A stretch of DNA of 59,159 nt, taken from assembly GCA_008690995.1 (NCBI GenBank), contig VRMN01000028.1, positions 1 through 59,159 of the forward strand. Reading direction: 5' to 3'. Below the pieces are notes generated by a model, which was given only the letters and a program-made list of their open reading frames with translations, was not told where the DNA came from and did not search any database. Below are positions 31,912 through 43,200 of this stretch, piece by piece. A program made the position numbers and the translations under genes. Within the stretch, counting starts at the first letter, position 1, and each line of letters starts with the position of its first letter. Source of the DNA: Porphyridium purpureum. Lineage: Eukaryota.

Positions 31912-34563
31912 TTAGAAAAACGCATCCACACAGTCGTCGTCGTTGATCTGTCGATTCGCATCTTGTGCAAGATGGAGGTTAATCTTTTTGTCCGTCAGGA
32001 TGTTGATCAATGAAGATTTACCGTATGCAATCACTGCCTCCCACAATCCGCGGCGCAACTCGACAATGTTGTCTGTATCCGTGTTGATATGTACCATCGT
32101 ACTGTCCGAAAGTATACGAGGCATTGAAGCGACAATATTCTGGATGTAAATTTTGAGGCACTTCGCATCCGACAAAAGTTTACGCTGCTCCATCATCCGG
32201 GTCATGCTGTCGTTGACTAAGCATGGATCGAACTCGTCACTTCTCAATCCGGATCTGTACAACATCGTCGACATCGGAAACGGCTTCCCCCACTGACCAG
32301 GTAAAGATCCGAAGTTGATTCTCTTCAGCGCTTCATTGAGACTCGTCCCCTCTCCGAATGTACGAAGAAAGTCGATGATGTTTCCGTGTTCATCAGTGAA
32401 ACGTTTTGTCGATTTCGGATGAAGAATGTAGTTGGTACGCTCTTTCGACTTCAGCATTCGGTAATGTGTGACAAGTCGCCGTGTTCGTAGATTCTGTGCA
32501 CTGCATGTGACTTGAGCTCCATATATGGAACAATCCGGATTGTCTGAATCATGTGTACAGGAAAGCATATACGATAAAACTGTCGTTACGGCTTGCTCAA
32601 AGTTTCGATTGTCCTGACACTCGGTGATCAATACATCTTCGAAGTCATTCGCTGTCCAGGCAACTGATACGGATTGACGAGTAGGCGTCCTTCCGGATCG
32701 AAGCGAACGCATTGTAGCGTAGAGTAGTGCGTAAATCCGAAGTCCAGTTGCGATAAGCTCAACAAATATCCCTGAATTCGCATCTTCGAAATCGTCGAGT
32801 CTGAGAATGTTGAGATCTTTCAGCGGCCTTGGGATGTGCTTGCAGACGAATGTTGCTGGATTCAGGAATACCGGCCACACTTGATGTCCGATTACGCATC
32901 GTGTCACATGGCGAAGAAGCAGGATGGATTTTTGATCGGATGATAAGTTTGTCTCACCGAGAGATTGAAGAAATGCGTATGTGGTTTCGTCATTAGCATG
33001 TGCATTGTTTGGTAAGTGCGCATCGCTGTTTCGCACGTCGAATGTATGCGACAGCAGAATATTTCCAGCCTTCGGTGACTTGAGCGACAAGCCGACGAAC
33101 AAGTTCTTTCGTATCGTCGTATATATCAGGTTCAATGATCGCTCGCGTGCGGCTCTCAATTCGACGACTTGAATCGTACTCAGCTTTGTCATATCCGTAG
33201 GAATGTATGAGTTACACAAATCACCAATCGTGTCTGATGTATTATTCGAATAGTATGCATTGTACCACGCACCGCTCTTTTGCGTGATTGGTTTTGTCAA
33301 ACCTTCGTCGAGCTTTGATGTGGATGAGCATGCCTTGGATTTGGATCGCTGTCTCATCGAATGTTCTGCATACGCTGGTTCGGATACCTTGCGGTTGTCG
33401 TCTTCATTTCTGCTATGCGCATCGAGTGCAGCCAAACATTCTTCGGTGATAGTCAGTGGTACGAGTGGTGCCGCTCCACTTCGAAAAAATGCGAGAAGAT
33501 CCAAATCACAAATGCTGCCTGGAGTGTATGGTTTAATTCGCGACGTGTTTCGCATCTTCAGTTTAGACTTCTGCTTGAACTGTGAACGGGTATTCGATAA
33601 CGTGAGCGCGACCGTTGCATCTGAGTTGGTCATTGTTATTGTCGCAGCGCCGTCGAATACCGGAGTAGGACGATGAGTCTCAAAAACTGCGTCATTCGCT
33701 TGATCCGGATACGTATTATTCGGATTATCATCGCATAATACGTTTGCCTGTGATGGACTTTCATCCTTGTCCATCGGCGACTGCATTACTTCGGTCTCAC
33801 TTTCGCGAAGTGGTGGTAGCATCGGATGTTGCGGATCAACAGTCTGAGGAAGACCAGTGCATTCAATCGCAGCATATGGTGGGAAACCAGCATCGAGAAG
33901 AGTCAATGACTCATACGGTTCGTCATCTGTACTCGCAGAATTCGTTGGTTTGTGTTTGATCCGAGCAGCCGTTGTCGTCGGTGCCCGTGTTTCCGTGTGA
34001 AGCTGTTGAATCCGCGTGGTATTTGTGTTCGTTCTTGTTGCCAGGTTCGCGGATTTCTTTCGACACTTGCGCTTATTCGGATGGTTGAAGGGCGAGTCAT
34101 TGTCTGTATCGTCAATCCTTTGTGTTGCATTCTTTTCTGTTTCGGCGAATGTATCATATGTGTGGTCAGCGCATGTATTTTTGCCGAACAATTTCAATGC
34201 AGCACAGGTCGTATGCATCGTCTTTTGGCATCCATCTGCTAGACATGTGATTGTGTCGTACTGGTCGTCGTCGGATGCGATTGTATTCGACGAATTCAAA
34301 CGACTGCATTCTCCGGATATGTGAACTGCGAAACACGGTTGCCGATCACTGGCGGTAGTGGGTTGAAGAATCGCATCGGTCGACGCCTTGATGTACCGCT
34401 TTCTTTGAGCTGCCTTCCCGGTCTTGCTCGTTATCTTCTCCAAATCCGTGTTCCCTAGCAATGACGGTGCGTCAGCCTTTGACAGACATCCGGATCTTCC
34501 GCGCCCTTTACGCCGCCCTGAATCCACAGTTTCTTTGTACATCCTTTTACCGATTCCGCGCAT
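31912..34563 (-). CDS. Transposon accessory protein, 883 aa, N-terminal PHD-like zinc finger, unknown C-terminal domain
   Basis: Long ORF; C-x8-C...C-x4-C-x4-H-x2-C...C-x2-H at 34162-34335. Confidence 0.75.
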   Translation of the reverse strand: MRGIGKRMYKETVDSGRRKGRGRSGCLSKADAPSLLGNTDLEKITSKTGKAAQRKRYIKASTDAILQPTTASDRQPCFAVHISGECSRLNSSNTIASDDDQYDTITCLADGCQKTMHTTCAALKLFGKNTCADHTYDTFAETEKNATQRIDDTDNDSPFNHPNKRKCRKKSANLATRTNTNTTRIQQLHTETRAPTTTAARIKHKPTNSASTDDEPYESLTLLDAGFPPYAAIECTGLPQTVDPQHPMLPPLRESETEVMQSPMDKDESPSQANVLCDDNPNNTYPDQANDAVFETHRPTPVFDGAATITMTNSDATVALTLSNTRSQFKQKSKLKMRNTSRIKPYTPGSICDLDLLAFFRSGAAPLVPLTITEECLAALDAHSRNEDDNRKVSEPAYAEHSMRQRSKSKACSSTSKLDEGLTKPITQKSGAWYNAYYSNNTSDTIGDLCNSYIPTDMTKLSTIQVVELRAARERSLNLIYTTIRKNLFVGLSLKSPKAGNILLSHTFDVRNSDAHLPNNAHANDETTYAFLQSLGETNLSSDQKSILLLRHVTRCVIGHQVWPVFLNPATFVCKHIPRPLKDLNILRLDDFEDANSGIFVELIATGLRIYALLYATMRSLRSGRTPTRQSVSVAWTANDFEDVLITECQDNRNFEQAVTTVLSYMLSCTHDSDNPDCSIYGAQVTCSAQNLRTRRLVTHYRMLKSKERTNYILHPKSTKRFTDEHGNIIDFLRTFGEGTSLNEALKRINFGSLPGQWGKPFPMSTMLYRSGLRSDEFDPCLVNDSMTRMMEQRKLLSDAKCLKIYIQNIVASMPRILSDSTMVHINTDTDNIVELRRGLWEAVIAYGKSSLINILTDKKINLHLAQDANRQINDDDCVDAFF

Positions 34564-35117
34564 TCTCCAAATCCCTCCGCGTTGTCAATATCCGCGTTGA
34601 CCTCATGCGCATAGACCTTTGTCTTGTTCACCCGGATCCGCGTGCCACCCCGTCAGCGCTTTGTCCCTTCCGTCCCCTCCGCCTTCTCCGCTCCCTCCAT
34701 CCCCTTCGCTCCTGTCTTTCTTCAGCCGGAATCTACATAGTCCCTCCCGCCCTCTGGTCTGCAGATTAGTTTCCTCGCTTGGCTTAATTTGCGCGCGCTC
34801 AGGCAATAAATCATCAAATGATGTTGTTTTATTATAATTTTGAATATGCATGAAAAGTCATCGAATTGTGATGAGGTATCCGGTTCATACTCAAATAGCT
34901 CTTTTTCATCCATAGCCATTCCTGACTTTGATGTGCATGGCTCACTTCGTTCGTGTGACGAAGTCGAGCATGGGCGTGGATCGTATGAAGGTGTCGAGGT
35001 TCGGGCTCTCTGTGCTTGTGTGTCAGAGGTGACGTTGCGCATGCGAATTGTCGGGCTACAACACACGGATAGGAACTGATACGCGGATATGCTGCCGTCT
35101 TACTCCTAAGCCCAGCA

Positions 35118-36074
35118 ATGTCGGATAGTGAAGAAGTCGATCGACTGCGAACGCAACTCGCTTTGGCGCTTAGTTCGAATATCATTGCTCAGAATACTAC
35201 CGAATTGAAGGCACGAGAATATGCGCTTTATTCGATGATCACCGAGTCCAAGCTCATGAGCGTTGAAAAGGAAATTCAAGGTCTGCGGCGTGATATCGAC
35301 GAGATAATCCGAATGCTCCGCGAACGCGAACGAGATCGTATCGCGGATCCGATTGCTGTGCGGGAACCGAGAAGTGGTGAAAACATACAGGGTGCAGGCT
35401 TCAATACGGACGTTATCTGGATGCGTACGTCTATGATCAATGCACAGCGCAATTTATCCGAGTTTCTGTCGCGGATCAATTGCCGTTACATGGCGTGCCA
35501 GAATTCGCATGTGGTTCCCGAATTGGTCATGGTGGATTGGCCAGTGCAACATTCGGATGGATGGCCTGCCAAGATCGAACGCATTGATGATTTGCAGTAT
35601 CCAATTCCTGAACATGTTTTGTTAGAGCATCCGGCATTCGGTGTACGACAGAAGAGCAAGATTCAGCGTATAAGTCGAGTATACGTTCATTTCCAAGGTC
35701 AAGCGTTGACAAGCGATCTGTTGAAGTTCCATCCTCATCCGGATGCATCTACTGTCTGGTCCAATCTTTTATCGTATATTCTGGTTTGCTGGAATGTCAC
35801 GGGGAGCCGTCGGTATCCGTGGGAGAACTTTTCGTGGGTGACAAAGGAAAAGATCCGTGGGGTTTTCGAATGCTACGAATCGACATACGGCTCTGCCTGT
35901 CTTCGTTTCTGTCATTTGTACGGGTTCGATGAGGTGGACACGGATCCTCCCATAGCGTGCTCTCGCGCATGTACACAAGGTTGCCTTCGTAGGCGTGGAA
36001 GAACCTTGCATGATTTCGCGACTGACTGTAAACGCATGCACGATACGTTGATCCGTATGAAATGTAGCCTTTAA
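35118..36074 (+). CDS. Transposon accessory protein, 318 aa: coiled coil, PWWP-like region, Cys/His tail
   Basis: Homologous to 17141..18292; ELVMVDW..GWPAKI and ILVCW..FSWV.KEKI resemble the PWWP strands. Confidence 0.78.
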   Translation: MSDSEEVDRLRTQLALALSSNIIAQNTTELKAREYALYSMITESKLMSVEKEIQGLRRDIDEIIRMLRERERDRIADPIAVREPRSGENIQGAGFNTDVIWMRTSMINAQRNLSEFLSRINCRYMACQNSHVVPELVMVDWPVQHSDGWPAKIERIDDLQYPIPEHVLLEHPAFGVRQKSKIQRISRVYVHFQGQALTSDLLKFHPHPDASTVWSNLLSYILVCWNVTGSRRYPWENFSWVTKEKIRGVFECYESTYGSACLRFCHLYGFDEVDTDPPIACSRACTQGCLRRRGRTLHDFATDCKRMHDTLIRMKCSL

Positions 36075-36138
36075 TAAAACATCTTGGACGAAATCTAGGT
36101 CTACTTCACATTAAAATGTATGCTCATATCGGATCATT

Positions 36139-37173
36139 TCACTCGATCGAATGCGAGTCGTTGTCCAGCATTGCCATATCTTCAGCCAAAGTATCCGCCT
36201 CTTTATACGATTCCGCTGCTGCATTCCATTCGTCCCTGCACTGGTCGTGGGCAAGCGTGAACGCTTCAAAGCTTCCGGATGAAGGTACAAGAACACAATC
36301 CTGGATTATCTTTTTCAATGCAATGTTCGACCTGCTGTAGCGCGTGCCCGGCGCGAGCTCTGCACGGATGACCTGGAGTATGCGGTGCTTGAATCCGATG
36401 AAACTCTTATTATGCTCCTCGGCCAATTCGAAATACTTGCTGGCAAGCTCCGTTCGGAGCTTGCGATTCATCTGACCGATCCTCATCGAGGTCTCTTCCC
36501 CCGTATGCCGCATTCTTGACCATGTCGTTGTTCTACGCGAAATGAGTCCATCCGGTTCGAAGAGAATTCGAAGCTTGATCAGTTCATCCGATATCGTGCG
36601 CACTTGTCCGTAGTCAGCGTATTCGGACATAGCGTCAATATCAGGATCTCTCATACGTTGCTGAAAACCATTGTTGCTCAGATCCTTGGGCTCGACGAGG
36701 ATCTGCCACGAATGCAAGAAATGTGGCGTCGGATTCAACCACATCAATACTTCTGGCACATTTGCAAATATCGCAGCCGTACAAGAATCCGTATGCATCG
36801 TCCTAGTGATTGAATCAATGTATCCGGGTGAGAGCCATACGCGCGGTGGCATTTCCCATGGTCTTGCCGACGTTCGACGGCGACGCGAACCCACCTTGTA
36901 TTCGTCTTCGTCATCTTCCACCGGATTCTCAGCACGACGAAATAGATCCCATGTAAATTCGACAATCGCTGGAACTGCACGAACGAAGTATTCGATGATA
37001 TCATTCATTGCCGGATCATGCTTTTCGTAGTCCTTGAATACATATCGGCTCTGAAACTGGTCCACGATCTGCCGCGTGATACGAATTTGAGCTGCAAAGT
37101 AATGCCATGCGATGTGATAGCGTGCGACCCACAGTCGTGCATGAAGTTCGCTGAATCGATTATACTGGTCCAT
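36139..37173 (-). CDS. Transposon accessory protein, 344 aa, unknown function
   Basis: ATG-initiated ORF with protein-like composition, tightly packed between neighbours. Confidence 0.7.
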   Translation of the reverse strand: MDQYNRFSELHARLWVARYHIAWHYFAAQIRITRQIVDQFQSRYVFKDYEKHDPAMNDIIEYFVRAVPAIVEFTWDLFRRAENPVEDDEDEYKVGSRRRRTSARPWEMPPRVWLSPGYIDSITRTMHTDSCTAAIFANVPEVLMWLNPTPHFLHSWQILVEPKDLSNNGFQQRMRDPDIDAMSEYADYGQVRTISDELIKLRILFEPDGLISRRTTTWSRMRHTGEETSMRIGQMNRKLRTELASKYFELAEEHNKSFIGFKHRILQVIRAELAPGTRYSRSNIALKKIIQDCVLVPSSGSFEAFTLAHDQCRDEWNAAAESYKEADTLAEDMAMLDNDSHSIE

Positions 37174-37197
37174 TCGAAAGCTCCTTCCGTGTTTATC

Positions 37198-39819
37198 CTA
37201 ATCAGCGTGATGGCGCGTTACATCGAATACAGGCCATTGCCTCCTCCATTCAATCACACTTTCTACTCGCACCTGGAACGACGGCCAGTAGGCACAGATC
37301 TCATGGAATGCAGTAATCGTATGCACGCTCGATAGGTACGAACCACTCGGATAACCATTCATTGTATCCATTTCTGGCGAGAAGCTCGTGGAGGTATCCG
37401 AATATTTTCTGAGCACCTGGTCATACGCGAAAACATCAATTTCCTTTGTTTCAGCGAGCAACATTCGCCGCGTCACTTGATTCCGACCGAATCCAACCCT
37501 GGCATCCATCGACCGTTTGTAATACGCATGTTCATATGCTGCTTCGATGCATCGTTGTTCTTGATCACCCCCCATCGTTTTCTTCCGGCACAACAAGAAT
37601 CGATGTGCGTATCGGATGCCACGCAGCACATCCTGAAGAGGATGAACCGGAAGGCGCTCCACAGTGCCAATCGGATTCGTATACACATCTTCGTAAGAGA
37701 AATCATCGCATGAACATCCGTATCGAGAATCACATTTGTTTCCCATCGAAGCCGTATGCGTGTATCGACATGGTCTGTATGCCATACAGGCAAGCGCGCC
37801 TTGGACTGCGCAAGTCACCGCATACCATTCGTTGGCTAGAGATTCAAAGTGACCTAAGGCATCAAATCCACGTCGCATCTCCGCTGGTTGCATTAATTCC
37901 GTATTATCCATCGGATGTGCAAATCGGAGCCTTGCGTACGCATTATTCATATTCAAGGCATTGATACGGATTAGATCCCAGAGCATTGCTGTATCTCTCA
38001 GCATCCATGAAAACATGCCGCTATCCGCTATCGTGAAGCCGGTTGGGTCTGATGGATGATTCATCACCCGAATAATATAATCCTCGGATGCAAACTTTCG
38101 TCCTCGGTAACCCGTCGTCTTCTTCGTCGCCAGGTGGGGTACCTCCTGAATGAGGTACGCACCGATATCCGCGTGCAGGAATTGACAGTCATCCGAAGTA
38201 AACGCGAATTCATCCGTAAAGTATTCGTCTACTGTGTAGTTGCTGAACAGCAGCGCATTCGGAAGCTCTGCACCGTTATAGTCTTCGCGTGGAGAGTCTT
38301 CGCACGGAGTGACTTCGAAAAATTCGAGCCCGGTCAGACCGTCGGTGAAGTTCTGATGCGGATCTTTGTTCTCGAACGACCATGCCGTAAGCATTCGCAT
38401 GTAGAAGTCGACGTTCAGAATCACATCCAAAAGATGCAGACCCACCTTGTCATTTTCCTTGGCCTCTATGTGAATGGCCTTATACGTATTCTCACTTGCA
38501 TCCTTGTACATCGCACTGAATCGATCTATGATGTCGTAATGCGAAAAGCCTCGTCTGATGGACTTAGGTTGCTGCATCGGATGACTGCTTCGACCGAGAG
38601 TGCACGTATCTGTCCGTGCACGCTTCGGATCCTGACGTGAAGCAAATATCCCAGGCACATTTCGGATATCACTTCGAATTTCTCCTCGGATATAGCTAGG
38701 TCCCGGATCGTCTTCGCGGCTGTATGAAGCCGTGTCATACTTGACATTCCCATATCCGCGGGGAATCTGTCCCGGGCGCGGGAGCGAACTGCTTCCTCGC
38801 CTTTCGAATGGCGCACGGTACGTTCCGGATCCAGAACCACTTGGCATATCGATTCTACCATACCCAGGCGGGCCTCGTAGCGTTTTCTGGGTATTCGGAT
38901 TCAGCGCAGCGGCCCCAAGTCGCAGCGAACTCGCCGAATTACTACGGATGAGTCCACCACGAATGCGACGGCTGCGCTCATCAGCATCCGATGCTTCACT
39001 ACTTTCGATCGAATCTGACATTCGTCGTTTCCCTTTGTCAACAGTCGAGACCCTTTTCGATCGCCGAGTATTCGGATTTACGTCAGACTCAGCATGCTGT
39101 CCTGAAGGTGCGTTCGAATCACGCAAATTCGTTTCAGGCGTTCTCTTGACACGCATATCCGTATCCATTTTCGCAGCGTCCAACGAATCTCCGGATGCAT
39201 ATTTCTCTGCACCAGCACCTGCTGCAGGTAGTCCGGTATCCGCTGGAACGTGTCCGCGCAATGCTCTTGCCGACACACTCTGCGAATCCGACGACACAGA
39301 AACCGCGCGAATCGGAGATCGACGGCCAACACTGGACATGGGTGTGGTCGACTTCTTCGCAGTATCCGAAGCCTTTCCCACGATATCGGACGGTTTCGCA
39401 CCGACGTCCTTCACTGGATCCTCCTTCGGATTTGCACCGACGTCCTTCACTAGATCCTCCTTCGGATTCGTCTCCGCGTCCGCGCATTTCGCACCAATCG
39501 GATCACCTACTGCAACCGTCTCAGCTGAAGCCGTAGCTGGCGCGGACTCCGACGGCATTTTTTCCACATCCCTCTCAACTTCATCATTCGGATGACCTCT
39601 GACGGCTGCCTTCAGTTTCGACGATGCTCCACGCACTGCCGAACCCTGACCCGCACCGGACGCACGCCCAGGCTCCACCTTTTTCGTCGCCGCCGGATTC
39701 GTCGCTTTACCCCCCTTGCCCTGCGCACTTCCGGATACCACTTTCCTTCCTTTCGACGGATTCGGATCCGCCACTTTCTTCCCGGTGTTCTCCATCTCGT
39801 CCCGCTCACCACCACTCAC
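37198..39819 (-). CDS. Transposon accessory protein, 873 aa: low-complexity N-half, globular Cys/His-containing C-half
   Basis: Long ORF divergent from the transposase; includes a 12-aa tandem repeat NPKED(L/P)VKDVGA. Confidence 0.75.
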   Translation of the reverse strand: MSGGERDEMENTGKKVADPNPSKGRKVVSGSAQGKGGKATNPAATKKVEPGRASGAGQGSAVRGASSKLKAAVRGHPNDEVERDVEKMPSESAPATASAETVAVGDPIGAKCADAETNPKEDLVKDVGANPKEDPVKDVGAKPSDIVGKASDTAKKSTTPMSSVGRRSPIRAVSVSSDSQSVSARALRGHVPADTGLPAAGAGAEKYASGDSLDAAKMDTDMRVKRTPETNLRDSNAPSGQHAESDVNPNTRRSKRVSTVDKGKRRMSDSIESSEASDADERSRRIRGGLIRSNSASSLRLGAAALNPNTQKTLRGPPGYGRIDMPSGSGSGTYRAPFERRGSSSLPRPGQIPRGYGNVKYDTASYSREDDPGPSYIRGEIRSDIRNVPGIFASRQDPKRARTDTCTLGRSSHPMQQPKSIRRGFSHYDIIDRFSAMYKDASENTYKAIHIEAKENDKVGLHLLDVILNVDFYMRMLTAWSFENKDPHQNFTDGLTGLEFFEVTPCEDSPREDYNGAELPNALLFSNYTVDEYFTDEFAFTSDDCQFLHADIGAYLIQEVPHLATKKTTGYRGRKFASEDYIIRVMNHPSDPTGFTIADSGMFSWMLRDTAMLWDLIRINALNMNNAYARLRFAHPMDNTELMQPAEMRRGFDALGHFESLANEWYAVTCAVQGALACMAYRPCRYTHTASMGNKCDSRYGCSCDDFSYEDVYTNPIGTVERLPVHPLQDVLRGIRYAHRFLLCRKKTMGGDQEQRCIEAAYEHAYYKRSMDARVGFGRNQVTRRMLLAETKEIDVFAYDQVLRKYSDTSTSFSPEMDTMNGYPSGSYLSSVHTITAFHEICAYWPSFQVRVESVIEWRRQWPVFDVTRHHAD

Positions 39820-40226
39820 GCACCCGCACTGTCCACCGCGCTACCGCCCTCTCCGCCTTGTCCGCCTTCCCAGCGCTTCCCACCTTCGCACAACCCACCT
39901 TCTCCGGATCACACCAACTTCCCCACACGATCTGCTCTTCGCCCCACGGCCACTGCGGCCTGCGCGTTTGACTTGTATCGAATTTGATGGACCCAAATGA
40001 AAAAAATGGCAGAATTGAATGGCATGTGGGGTTTTGTCGGGAAAATTACGCATTCACAGAGAGAAAGCTTTATATTAACTACCTCTTTGGCTTGCCGTGG
40101 TACAAACGCTACGCCTGCGTCCAGGAAAGACGCGTGCGTCGGATTGACGGAAGGCTTTGGAGGCGGAACGGATACAGCGTGACGTGCGCGAAAACATACG
40201 GATAGGAAGACTTCCCCAAACCGCGA

Positions 40227-43200
40227 ATGGACAGACAGCAAGGCCTCGAGAGCAACGCTTGGCATCGACGTAGAAACAAACGTATCCGATGCGATGGGAC
40301 CCGATGCGACTTCACCGTACCAGAGGATGAGGGATTGACTTACTCCACGCGACTTCACATGATGCAGTCACACAAGCGCAAGTGTAAACTTCGCATGCAT
40401 CCGAATCGACTCCCGTATACGCAGGCCTACTTATTTGATGCGGACGACGGTAGTTTGCAGAGGGAGGACAGTCCGGATGATACGGGAAGCGCAAATACAG
40501 AAACGCGGACTGGACGAGGCAGTGAGCTTCCTGATATCCGGATGGATGACGAGGACCCGGAAATGCAATTTCATTCGGATCGTGACATTGACAGCGGTTG
40601 CGAGAGCTTGCATGCAAACCTGACACAGGATGCGGAAATGTATCTAAGACCGATGGAGCCGGTGCGTGGCGGAGAAGAAGGAGAAGAGCAAGTCGAATAT
40701 ATCTTAGGTCCGTATGCCAAGCACTTTAATGCGTTATTAAACCAAAAGACTTTACGAGAGCGCTTGCAAGATCGTGACGACGAGATGTCAAAATTCGTAC
40801 GGAGTCTGACAGGCGCGGGTGAAATGGAAGATGTTGATCTGGATGAAGCAATCGAGATGATACGATTTAAAAACGACCAGGAAGTATTCATCCAGAAGCA
40901 TGGGATATCCGTACGTCATGCCACGGACTTAAAGTCGATTGAAGCCAAACTCTTACGAATTGCTATCCGTATGACTCTGCGCCAAGTAAGCCAGCTGACA
41001 AAACACTCATTTACCATGTTGAAAAGGTATCCGTTAAACCACGAGGCGTCTCGAATCGACGCTGTATACGCTGCATTACAAAGCAAATTGAACATAGCTT
41101 CCTCTCACGTGCTGAAACGAGCAACAAAACTTCTTTTCACATTCAGATCTTCGAAGCGGATGTCTTCGCTTCTTGGCAATCCGAGTATTAAACCTGTTGA
41201 GACGTACGTCGAGTATGGTCGCGGAATCCGACTGAGACGAAACACCCTACGCCGGAACGTGAAGCAAACGATCCGATTTCGTGAACCGATGGACATCGTC
41301 ATGCGTTCAGCTGCAGCTATTATTGATGAATACGGATTGGAGCCATTCGTTATCGACTTATTCAAAACCCGGGATCGCGAAATAGTGATGCATCCGCAGG
41401 ATGGAAACCTCTGCATCAGCGCAGCCCGTCGGATAGAATTTGAAGTGAATCGAAAACATGGACCGGATCCACCTCAGGTTGTAATTCTTCCAATACAGAT
41501 ATTTGCGGATGAGTCCCATATGACCCAGAATGGACGACACACAGTGACGCCACTGAAGATACGAATAGTACATCGAAGGCTGTTTGATACACACTCTTCC
41601 CGTATTCCTCAAGTCGTCGCATACTTACCACCTGTGGATACCCGAAGTATTGCACGAGCATTTGGTGAGGAAACAAGTATCCGCATTGATCCGAAGCTAG
41701 CCAAAAGAGAGCTCGAATCGTCCATGTACCATGCAATTATGAATAAGGCATTCCACCATCTCATGATCGCGAATAAATTCGGAGTGCCAGTCCTGTGGAA
41801 TCATCGCCGCTTGCTTCTTTTTCCTATTGCATACAAGTTGTCAATGGACATGCCGATGATCTCAAAATGCTCATTTACGAAAGCTTCTTTTGTATCCGGA
41901 TCCCGTGCTCGAACCATGCCATGCCATCAATGCATGGTGATAGCGCCAGAGGCCACAACTCGAGCAGTCGAAGCAGGACCAAATTCGGATGCATCCAAGG
42001 CAGAAGAGTTCTGGATTACGCGTATTCCTCTGCAATATCGCTGTGAGAAGCAGGTTGAACCTTTCATCACGCAGAATTTATCTGCATGGGGCACGCTACA
42101 GAGAAAAGAACAATCTCTCCACTTTCTCGGTGACTCAGCGGCTATCGGATGGAATCGATTTGATGATGACGATGACGTTGCATTCAATGCAACGATATCC
42201 GCATTCAAACACAAAATACATCTGCGCAACCGCGGGAGATTTCAACTGACAGGCATAGATGGCTTGCACGGATTCCTTGCATTTTGGCTTCGAGGTATCA
42301 CAATCGCTGGTCTCAAAGCATTGCTGAGCAAACCGAATACTGTACACGAGGTAGGCCTCGTCGCTGAGAGACTCACGGAAGCGCAGCAGCGAGCTACGCG
42401 ACACTTGAACGAAGTAGAACATTCGGATTTTCCACGCATGTGGGCTTCACTCGATTTCGATGAACAAAGACATGGAAGTGCATCCGAAGATACCAGTGGC
42501 GATGATTCAGAGTCGCATGACGAATACTCTTCGGATGATGACATTGTCCGCGCGAATGAAAGAAATTCGTCACAAACGAATACACGTCAAAGACCAAAGG
42601 CCAAAGCAAAGACGAACGACTCTCACATCAATCCGAGGAGGGCAGAGTCCAACAGAAAGGGCAGCGTATCTGACCAACTTCGAGGTATCATCGACTCAGC
42701 AGCAGGTAAAGCTTGGAACCAAATTGCGACGGAGATAACGGATGAGGCGAGGTTCCGGCGACCAGCGACATACTCTCCGATACGATTATCTTCGTTTTTA
42801 TCCGACTTACCCAAATTCGCAGAACAATCATATTCGCTGGGCTTTCTACTTCAAATGATTGTTCTTGTACACCAGGAGCATTTACTCTCGGATCGTACAC
42901 GTGAAAGCTTTACCGAACTTGCAACCAGATGTATCCGACTGTATGGCGTACTATACAAAGAAAAGCTGCGTCGACCATGGCTTGAACTCATCCCAAGGCT
43001 CACATCCGACTTGCAATCCCGACTCGATTCATACAAGCGGCAGATCAATCTACGTTGGAATGCTCCGAAAATACATGCACTGTCTCACTTCGGGGACAAC
43101 TTGACGGATCTGGGACCGATAAAGTTTTGGGATACTACGGATGGAGAGAAATCGTTTCAAATCGACAAGGCGTGGTTCAAATCACTGGTCAGCGCAGATA

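Noticed and set aside
31912..39819. TET/JBP dioxygenase, methyltransferase or capsid among the cargo ORFs
   Set aside because: I could not recognise diagnostic motifs by eye; a profile search is needed
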